Source: Balanoglossus misakiensis
Taxonomy: Eukaryota; Animalia; Hemichordata
Assembly: GCA_040954595.2 (NCBI GenBank)
Contig: CM082580.2
Span: 10,890,390 to 10,954,389, forward strand
Reading direction: 5' to 3'
DNA length: 64,000 nt
The notes under the pieces were generated by a model. That model was given only the letters and a program-made list of their open reading frames with translations. It made no database searches and was not told where the DNA came from. Shown here one piece after another: positions 1 to 10,471 of this stretch (positions are counted from its first letter, which is position 1; each line of letters starts with the position of its first letter). The translations under genes were made by a program, and so were the position numbers.

Positions 1-760
1 CAGTTGTTGCAGTAACAACACAGCCTGACATTGCAACAACCAAACAAGAACCAACAACACAGTCAGACATTGTGACAACCAAACAAGAACCAACAACACA
101 GCCTGACATTGCGTCAACCAAGAAAGTAGCTACAACACCAGTTGGTGCAGTAACAACACAGCCTGACATTGCGACAACCAAACAAGAACCAACAACACAG
201 CCTGACATTGCGTCAACCAAGAAAGTAGCTACAACACCAGTTGTTGCAGTAACAACGCAGTCTGACATTGCAACAACCAAGCAAGAACCAACAACACAGT
301 CAATCATTGTGACAACCAAACAAGAACCAACAACACAGCCTGACATTGCGACAACCAAGAAAGTAGCTACAACACCTGTTGTTGCAGTGACAACGCAGTC
401 TGACATTGCAACAACCAAACAAGAACCAACAACACAGTCAGACATTGTGACAACCAAACAAGAACCAACAACACAGCCTGACATTGCGTCAACCAAGAAA
501 GTAGCTACAACACCAGTTGTTGCAGTAACAACGCAGTCTGACATTGCAACAACCAAACAAGAACCAACAACACAGTCAGACATTGTGACAACCAAACAAG
601 AACCAACAACACAGCCTGACATTGCAACAACCAAGAAAGTAGCTACAACACCAGTTGTTGCAGTAACAACGCAGTCTGACATTGCAACAACCAAACAAGA
701 ACCAACAACACAGTCTGACATTGCAACAACCAAAAAAGAAGCTACAACACCAGGTGCGGC
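1..760 (+). repeat. Coding minisatellite: 39-bp (TTQ[PS]DI[AV]TTKQEP) and 60-bp (TTQPDIASTKKVATTPVVAV) units in a ~138-bp higher-order repeat
   Basis: Near-identical units are directly visible in DNA and translation. Confidence 0.95.
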
Positions 761-3700
761 TTTTACAACACAAGCTGACATAGCAACTACCAAAAATGAA
801 CACACAACACAACCGGGTATTGCAACTACCAAGCAAGAATTTGAAGTAATGACAACACCAGATGTTGCAGTAACAACATCACAGGACATAACAACTACCG
901 AAGAAGAACCCACAACACAACCTGACATGGCTTCTACAAGACAAGAATTTGAAGAAATGACAACATCAGATGTTGCAGTAACAACATCACAGAACATAGC
1001 AACTACCAAACAAGCACCCACAACACTACCTGACATGGCATCTACAAGACTAGCACAAACAACACCAGATACAAAACTTACAACACAGCATGACAAAGCA
1101 ACTTCCAAGGAAGAACTTACAAGAAGAGCCACTACCAAGCGAGATGTTACAACAGTTGTTACACCTGCTGTTACAAGTAAGGGGCCTTCTACACCCAGTG
1201 TTAGAACAAGGGCTGCAACCGAACCTGCTGTTGTAACCAAGGCTGTAACTATACCTGGTGCCACAATTGAGACCAGCACTGAATCTGGTGCTGCAACAGA
1301 GGCTGTATCAACACTTGATGATAAAACTGAGGAAACAACCATGTCCAATGCAGCAACCACAATTAAGGTTACAACCATTATAACAGCCAAGACTGCAGCC
1401 ACACCTGATCTTGCAAGTGATGCTATTACTACCGGTACACCTGGTGTTACAACCAAGTCTGTAATAACACCTGATGTTACAAGAACTAAGGTAGAAACCA
1501 CATCAGGTGCAACAGAGACTGCAACCACAGCTGCTGTTTCAAGCAAGGCATCAACTACACTGACTGTTACAGATATGGTAGTTACAACTCCCAATATTTC
1601 AACCAAAGCTCCAGCCACACATGTAGTTACCAGAGAGGCTACAACTGCACCTGATGTTTCTACTAAGATTACGACATCCGTGGGTTCAACCATGCCTGAT
1701 GTTACAACGTTGGATGCAACCACACAGGAATTCATCACAAGTGAAGCCGAAACTGCACCTGATGTTACAACAAAGGATGCATTTGTTACTGATCTTACAA
1801 GCATGCATGCAACAACTGAGGCGCTGCCCACATATGATTTTACCGGCGAGGTTTCAACTATATCCGGAGTTGATACCAAGACTGCAACCTCACCATTGGT
1901 TAAAACGGACACTTTAATTACATCTGCCGGTACACCCAAAAGTGATGTCACACCTGATGTTACTTACAAAGCTTCAACCATGGTTCATCTTACAAGTATG
2001 GGTGCAACCACACTGAATATTACAAGCAAGGCGGCAACCACACCTAGTGCTACAACCAAGGCCATTCTTACAAGTGAAGCAGCAACAGCACAGGGTGTTA
2101 CAAGCATGGCTACTGTTATACCGGAATTTACAACTGAAGATGAAAGCACCGGTGATGTTACGATTGAAGATGATATTACAGATGGCTTCACAAGCAAGGC
2201 TGCAACCACACAAACTTTTACTGCAATCTCTGAAATCACATCTGGTGTTGCAACGAAGGCTGCAGTGACACCTGATGTAATAAGTGAGACTGACAGCACA
2301 CCTGATGTTACTACAAAGGCTGCAATGACAGCTGGTGTCACAAGAATAGATACAATGACGCCTGATGCCACAACCAAGGCTGTTACCACCCATGATGTTA
2401 CAACTTTGGCTGCAACAATACCCAATGTTACACCCACATCTGATGGTGAACCCACATCTGATGACATAACCTTTTTTATGACAACACATGATGTTGCCAC
2501 TGAGGACGATGTCACATTTGGTGCTACTTACGAAATATCAATGGCACCTGAGGTAACAACCAAAGCTGCAACCATACCTAATTTAACAACCAAGGTTGCT
2601 ACCACTTCCAGCGTTACCAAGGCTAGTTCTTCACCCGATATAACAAAAATGGTTGTTACAACACAGGCTGCAGATACCACACCTGACATGACAACTAAGA
2701 CTGCAACAACACCTGATGTGACAACTAAGACTTCAACAACACATTCTGTTGTTACAAGCAAGGTCGATACCACACCTGCTGTAACAACCAAGGCTGCAAC
2801 AACACCTGATGTGACAACCAAGTCTGAAACAACACCTGACGTGACAACTAAGGCTGAAACGACACGTGCTGTTGTTACAAGCAAGGTCGATACCACACCT
2901 GCTGTTACAGCCAAAGTTGCAACCACACTTGGTGTTACAACCAAGGCAGATACCACTCCTGCTGTAACAACCAAGGCTGCAACAACACCTGATGTGACAA
3001 CTAAGGCTGCAACAACACAGGCTGTTGTTACAAGCAAGGTTGATACCACACCTGCTGTAACAACCAAGGCTGCAACCACACCTGATGTGACAACTAAGGC
3101 TGCAACAACACCTGATGTGACAACTAAGGCTGCAACAACACAGGCTGTTGTTACAAGCAAGGTTGATACAACACCTGCTGTAACAACCAAGGCTGCAACA
3201 ACACCTGATGTGACAACTAAGGCTGCAACAACACAGGCTGTTGTTACAAGCAAGGTCGATACAACACCTGCTGTAACAACCAAGGCTGCAACAACACCTG
3301 ATGTGACAACTAAGGCTGCAACAACACAGGCTGTTGTTACAAGCAAGGTCGATACAACACCTGCTGTAACAACCAAGGCTGCAACCACACCTGATGTGAC
3401 AACTAAGGCTGCAACAACACCTGATGTGACAACTAAGGCTGCAACAACACAGGCTGTTGTTACAAGCAAGGTCGATACAACACCTGTTGTAACAACCAAG
3501 GCAGATACCACACCTGATGTGACAACTAAGGCTGCAACAACCTCTGGTGTTTCAACTAAAGGGGATACCACTCTGAGTTTTACAAGCAAGGCTGCATCCA
3601 CAGACAGCATTACCTCAAAAGCTAAAACAGACGAAGTTACAACCAAGGCTGACACTACACAGGGTATAAGCAAAACAACCCAAACAATTGCAATGGAGTC

Positions 3701-5811
3701 AACTGCATCAGGTCTGCCAGTGGAAACTTTGGCTGCAGTGACAACCAAACTGGTGACCGATACTGCACCCAGTGCAACAACTGAGGAAAGTGCCAGTATA
3801 GCAGTAACAACCAGTGCAGCGACAACAGCAGCTCTCGATCCAGTTATCATCGTCGTATTCGTCACAGACAGCGTCACAGGTGAACCTTTACAGGGTGCAA
3901 TGGTGACACTGATGATCGACAAGGAAGTTACCAACATAAGGAGCACAAATGCTAATGGCATGACAGTGCTGCAAGTGAAGGCCAGCACCTCACAAGCTTT
4001 CATCATAGAGGCGTCAAGTGAAGGCTACATCGATAACTCTGTCCTGATCAACAAAAACATTAACCAAGGTAGGCATACTCTTACATTGCAGATTTCGTCA
4101 TGGTATCTTTCTTGTGTTTTAACATCGTATTGGAGAAAAAGCAAAGGAGATTTCCTGTCAAACTTGTCATATATTGACACTGACACCACTCACTATGACA
4201 GTAACTGTGACCTGCATTGTGGACATTGCCTAATTTTGATAACAATATTGTTTCCACAGTTGAACTGAAATTGTTGCAAATTCAAGCAGCCGAGGTTGAA
4301 GTCATGCAAGATGCCATTTTCATAACGAGTCAACAAACAGGTAGGTCAAGGGTGATCGATAAGGATGTCTGCATTTAGAGTGCAGCATCATTATTAGGAA
4401 AGACTTGGTAAATTGTGAGATTTCTTTGTTTCTTTTCTGTAAAGTTGACTTGATTTATTTTCTTTTTTTATCTGCAAAGCGGATGGAGAATCAGCAGTGG
4501 TATCATTTGAACCCAGTTCGCTGCCGTCATTTGTAACTGATACCAGCCAACTGACAGCGTCCTTGACTGTGGCCTCATCTGCTGATTACATACCAGCATT
4601 GGCCGTCTTCTCGCCCACCACCGGCAACCCCATACCACTGAATGTAACGGTCCGCGGTGCCATGGAAGTCACTGTGATGGATCGTTCCAGTGACAGGGAA
4701 GTGCCCATTTCAGGGAATGTGGAGTTGTACCTGCCCCTCTCGTCCAGCGCAGACCTTGAGAATCGCGATAAAGTCTCTGCTTGGTATTACGATGAAGTGG
4801 AAGGTAAAGTTTAGATTCAGGATTTTAACTAAAAGCTTGCCATTGTACCATGAAAGAGGTTGTGAAAAAGAAAATGAAGAGAAGAGATTTGATTAATAAA
4901 TATATCAATACTGTGTCTCAACTATCCCATTTAAGGTCAGTGCTTTTGTAGAAAATTTGGCTCGGTATTCGTACCAGATTTTTTCATCTGTCATGTGATT
5001 GTGCATTTCTTGCAGCTGTATGGGTCAGGAGTGGTGAAGGCACTGTGTTTGAATTTGATGGCACCTTAACGTGGTACTATGAGGCACCCCATCTGTCCTG
5101 GTGGATGGCTGCTGATGAAAAACCATCAGAAAGTAAGTTAGCTCTGTTTATCTTGTTGAAGAAAAATATGTCTTGTTGGAACTACCCAGTGTCCTGATTT
5201 GAATTAGACTTTTACATCTAATGTACCTTAGTTTGAATTAACATAGAGATATTCATTTTGTGACATTTCAACAGGTACGTATGACAGAATCACAGCAGAA
5301 GAGTTGTCATTTGATGTTCTCATCATCATTGCTGTTGTGGCTGGTCTCTTAGTCCTGTGCACTTTCAGTCTTGTGGTCTACAGATTCTGCTGTCCGTAAG
5401 TAAAGTTCTCCATTCCAAATACTCTGATTCTAAGTTTGTAGTTTGCCTCAGTGAAGCAATGCAACTGTTTTCTTCACCTTTCATTCCAGGTGCGGTCGAA
5501 AGAAGAGGAAGCGGCGACCACAGTTGTTTGATCGTCGCGACAGTGACCTCATCCTAACCATGACAGAGTCCGGCTACGTGAACCATGGAGTGTACCATGC
5601 CGACATGTCCGTGCAGGCCAAATCGCCCAAATCCTATGATGTCGAGAACGACCAAAACTTGAACACTTCCACCACTAGTGGCCAAAACGGGTCGCCTGTA
5701 ATGATGGTTTCCAAGACCAAACAGCCACCGTCGAACAAACCCAAGTCCACGCTGTATTACACGCAAGATGAAAACAAAGAAGGCACAGATGAAGATGGCT
5801 GGGTTCTCTAA
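1..5811 (+). CDS. Mucin-like Thr-rich stalk + FAM171/UPF0560-like ectodomain, single-pass membrane protein (5'-partial; exons 1-4068, 4260-4340, 4480-4803, 5016-5132, 5275-5395, 5490-5811)
   Basis: Frame is open from base 3. Six exons join in phase at GT-AG sites. After the TT-repeat stalk: VIIVVFVTDSVTGEPLQGAMVTL...T.ANGMTVL...ASSEGYIDNS / VSF...LTASLTVASS / VPISGNVELYLPL...VSAWYYDEVEAVWVRSGEG...LTWYYEAPHLSWWMAA. This parallels the FAM171 pattern as I recall it (V.ISDAST.QP..A.IE; LTAFLTAASS; V.GPIYVTVPL; AWRFDQKLGTWLKSGLG; LTWTYIAPQLGYWVAA). TM helix VLIIIAVVAGLLVLCTFSLVVY is followed by CCPCGRKKRKRR; stop at 5809-5811. Confidence 0.85.
2690..3545 (+). repeat. Coding minisatellite: 30/33-bp units (TTPDVTTKAA, TTQAVVTSKVD, TTPAVTTKAA) in 93/123-bp higher-order repeats
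   Basis: Near-perfect tandem copies at 2950-3500; degenerate versions across 1100-2700. Confidence 0.95.
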
Positions 5812-5980
5812 CCTCTCACCAAACTTGAACACATTGTACTCTATCCAACTCCCATTGAAATGAGTCCAAACATTGACATATCATGTAACTTTGTTGTGAA
5901 AAAATGCAACAAGTTAAATATCCCACCTCATATCAGCTGCTTTGGTTGACATACATTTTTAACCTTAAAGTAACTTTTTC

Positions 5981-5986
5981 AATAAA
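5981..5986 (+). terminator. Candidate poly(A) signal of the mucin-FAM171 gene
   Basis: First AATAAA ~170 nt after the stop; further AATAAA/ATTAAA hexamers up to ~7790 could be used instead. Confidence 0.35.
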
Positions 5987-8515
5987 AGTAAGTTTTTGAG
6001 CATGGTTCAGTTGTATCCTCACATCTTACAAGCATTCTGTAAGTTGTGGATGTTTTCTAGTCTGAAATTGGGACTGAAGTCAGAATGACAACTAACTGAT
6101 AGTTGTCCTGGTGCTTTCAAAATAACGATTCGCACATGAATTTTGATTCTGAAGGATACGTAATGTGAGAATATAGTGTAGTTGTTTTTCATGTCCTTTT
6201 ACAACCTGGCACTTTGAGTCATTTGTGATATTACCACACTGAAACTGAGAATACAGACGTCAGGTTACAAGGCCAGTAATATTCAGTATTAATGCCGCCC
6301 AAAGACTCATTTAACTGAGTTCAATGATGAGTCCCACTTTTGTAATGTACTTTCAGCAATCAAGAATGTTACAAAACGTTCATTTTATTACCTGAATAGA
6401 AAAGGGAAATAAAGCCACTGTGAATAATGGAACATTGTAGTACTTAATATAATCAGTAAGAAGAAGAACTTGTACTATTTTCTAGAATTTCCAAGAAAAA
6501 ATGCCAGCAGTTTGTTGGTACTATTTATTCATGTATTTATTGGCAAATTTATTTTGAAAAGTCACAAACAATTTAATTGATTTTATTGATGAATAATATC
6601 AATCAGTGAACCAGACAATTGTAAAAATTATGGTCTAAATTTATACCAAATAAGATATATTTTTGTCCAAAGATTTTACAAATGGGGGGAAAATTTGAAA
6701 ATGTAAATTACGTGTAGTGACTATGTTGTCTAAAGAATATATAACACCAAGAGAAGAAATTTTTGGATTTACAGAAATTTTTAATCCGTGGAGGTACTTA
6801 TGACCACCACCACCCCCCAAAATTCACAATTTTGGCAAGTACCTAATATACAGCCAAGTTGTACCATTTTCTCATCAAGGGTACATCTGTGAATTTCTCT
6901 TAATAAACAAATATTTTTCTAAATCCTGTAAAATGTTATTGAACAGTATTATTCTATTTTTGTACGGTACTTTAAGGGTGCTTGGGAATGTAAACTAAAA
7001 TAAACAAGTAATGTATTTATTGCTTGTGTTTTGAGAAAAAATATAAATTTCTCAACATTTGTAATTCTGAGTTTGTATAAAGTATCAGGCTTTTTTTTTT
7101 TTTGCTTTCAAAAACATTGGCGAGTACTCATTGACAAGAATTGTTCTTTCTTTTGTTGTCATAGAAGCCACTGCAAATATTTTTGTGATGATGATATTTG
7201 CAATAAGCTGCTGCAATTCATCTACATTTAAAGGGAGAGAATATCAAAATTGAAATCAGATTCCCAATAATAGCTGGCTACATTCCATCTTCACATAATT
7301 TACATGTGCGTTGTACTTCATTTCAATTTTTCAGGGAACAATTTTGAAGTACAATTAATATATAATCATTCGATTCCCATCTGTAAAAATACTGTCCTCT
7401 GTGTTTTCTGCCAATTTTACATGTATAATCAGTATTACTTTTGAACCACAACAGATAATGCAATCTGTTCCTGTTCATAAAATTCCTTTGAGTATGACTA
7501 CACCCTTCTAAACTCCTGATTCAACAATTAATGTAGGCATTTGTATGAAATGCTGTCAATCTGTACATATTTTTCTGAGTTCAGATTTCTTGAGGATTTG
7601 TAAAATTGCAGACAGATTTGATCTTTTTTTTGTAATTTTCAGCATTATTATAAGCATTGAATCATGTATTTTTGTATTTACACTGTAAATGACATTATTA
7701 AAGAAAACATTATGTTAACTAGCGGTGTGTATCTTCTCATAGTGACAGGACCCATCCAATTGCAGAGGGCAGTATTTTTTAACAAATAAATTTAGACAGC
7801 AGAAAAAATAGCACCAAGTGCACTGTACTCCCATTTGGTAAGAATTGGTACATTCAAGGTATGTTCAGTTCTCATGAGACATGAAGCAGCCTTCAACAAA
7901 CCAAGCTCTACAGAGTATATCATCAGGCTTACAACACTAGTACTATGACATCTGTGATCTCTGTATGCTAAACGTCTCCATCACATCAACCAATCACAGG
8001 CTTCGCAAATTGCACCTGGTGAATGACAAATTTTGATTGGACAGTTGTCAGCCAGCACATTCGACAGATGGTCAGTGAGGTGCCACTTTCCGTCATTCGA
8101 AACTCAGTCTTTGACATGCAAGCATCATGGCTGAAGTTGTGACGAGAACTACCTATCATTTACCCAGAGCAATTTCTAACACGCAAGTGGAAGTGAAGGT
8201 GAAGACTGTGACGATATGGTCTGGATTTTCAAAGATTACAGTGGTCTCGTGGAAGATAACCATCGACCATGGATAGTGACCTGGCGAAAATTGAGGGTGC
8301 CTTTTCTCTGGCCGTGCAGCTCCCATCTTCTAGACTACTGTAAGTAACATTTTTCCTCCAAACTTGTCGAAGGTTTTATCATTGACTTACCATAATTCTC
8401 ACCTAACATACGAACGGGCCTTTTAAGCTGATAAACAACCTCCAGCTTAAAATTCATACAACATAAGCACACTCACATATTACATGACATAAGACACGAG
8501 CGTAGTTCTGAAGTT

Positions 8516-8521
8516 TTTATT
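8516..8521 (-). terminator. Candidate poly(A) signal of boule (3' UTR ~1.95 kb)
   Basis: TTTATT on + strand (AATAAA on -) at the end of a U-rich, ORF-free minus-strand tract running from the stop at 10472. Confidence 0.5.
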
Positions 8522-8612
8522 CAAGCCACAAGAGCTTACATAACAATTTTTTTTTCTCTTGGTCTACTTAACATGGACAATATTTCAACAGTGGAGACAT
8601 CACTTTTGTTTA

Positions 8613-8679
8613 ACTAGGATTTGACAAGACTTATTCTAACTGAGACTAGGATCTGACAAGACTTATTCTAACTGAGACT
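8613..8679. repeat. 32-bp tandem duplication (ACTAGGAT[T/C]TGACAAGACTTATTCTAACTGAG x2) in the putative boule 3' UTR
   Basis: Two copies with one mismatch, directly visible. Confidence 0.9.
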
Positions 8680-10471
8680 TAACCTACGTAATATAGAGTA
8701 TAACATACATACAAACTAACTACAGATTGGTTTACAAAATTTGTTGATGATTTGAAAATGTGGCTATATAGAATCAATGTAAATCACAAATGAATCACTT
8801 TTCATGTAGCAAAAATATCATATCTAAGCTAGTTGACTTTTTTTTTTAAAGTTTCTAAACTTTGGGCACTGCAAAATGACACAGGCACTGAACTCGAGAC
8901 TACGTTACACCAAAACTTGAAAAAAAAAAGGGAAACTACAGGCAAGAAACAGGGCTTAGCTAAATGGAAAACTAGTGGAATGAATGGCTAATACAAAGTT
9001 ATCTAAAAGGATGACTACCCTTTGATCATCTGATAAAATCGGTTACTTAGTGGGCAGTGCATTTGCTATGACTCTCGTACTCAAAATGGTTCTTCTACGG
9101 GATAAAATGGTAAAAAAAAGTGCGTGAACAATTAACTTTTGCATGTACAGTCTTTGTACGTGGTCATGAAAAAAAGAGGTCAAAGATGTAGTGAAGCAAC
9201 TTCTCAGTCACTCAGGCACTCGGTTTTAAGGCATTTCATACCATAAAATACTATAACAATACTGCTGTGTTTTTTAACGTTTCACAAGTCAATATATATA
9301 TACAACCACGATTGCAATAACACGTAAGTGGTAACTGCTGAACAACATGCGATATGGAGGCCATGATTTCCAATTAATTCTCAATACCAGAAAAACGCAT
9401 TGACTGAGTTTGGCAATCCGCGGCAAAAAAGTACAGCATTTTGATCACCAGGTTTTATCAATGCACTGGTTTGGTTTGATGAAAGTGAACGAAATACCCT
9501 TGTGTATCAAAGAGAAGTGTAGAGAAGTCTGAAAGCGGTTCTCGGATAAAAAAAATGGATAGGATGTTCTACTTGTGTTCATGATCAGTGGTGTATGGCA
9601 ATGTATAGTCCTTACAAGTCTTTGACAACTGCATTTGCTTTCACAACACATGCAGAACACTGCAAAGTGCAAGTCTGCTTTCGCATAAACTGCAAGTATG
9701 AGTTCACATACACATCATTTTTTATTTCTAATTCATGATGTGCCCAAAGGCGAAGTTGAAATACCATGTCTACATGCAAAGTCTCGTTGACTTGACTTGA
9801 CAAAAGACAACACCATACTATCCCCCTAACAAACTGTCGTGTTTTGTATTTTTAAATTAGCACCTCAAAAAAAAAACAATTCCACAGTTGTCACACCAAT
9901 TATTACAGTTTTCTAACTGTAGTTTATATAGGACTTCAGCAAACAGGCCAGGCCTAGATATTGTTTAGACTTTAAAAAATCTTTTCCCATCCAAAGGTAT
10001 TATAAAACTTACACAAATACATACTTAGTTTCTAAATGCATTTTACAACCTTTCGTCTTTTAATTCATGAAGACCTTTTATCTTATTTTTCAACAGTACT
10101 CAGTATAGGTTGATATTAAACCAGTATTAATAATTGTCATTTTTCTCAAATGGAATATTAAATAAATTAAGGTCACATAAGCTTCCAGTGGTAAGAAACC
10201 CTTGTCATCTTGCAGCTTGGTTGCAATTTCAAAATGAAAGAAAATAGAGGAAAACGACGTTCCAACAAGTTTTATCATATGTCTTTAAAAAGTCTCTGAA
10301 TTACTGCAAAATTTATAAAGATGATCTAAATCTCATTTGTATACCTCACACTGCAAAAGCAAGTAATTACAACACAAAGTGATTGGACAGCTTGTCTTTA
10401 CTCTCGCTCTCTCTCCCACACGTGAAAAATGATTTGAAACTTGAGATCTAAGACTATCGTAATAGAAGCGT

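Noticed and set aside
2528-4006. 492-aa antisense ORF (also 1985-2515) rich in V/A/L
   Set aside because: Mirror of the ACA/GCT-rich mucin repeat codons, which rarely produce stops on the opposite strand; no independent gene signals.
4069-4268. C-terminal end of the 1398-aa ORF (GRHTLTLQ...FPQLN)
   Set aside because: Read-through into an intron; the donor at 4069 and in-phase downstream exons continue the FAM171-like domain.
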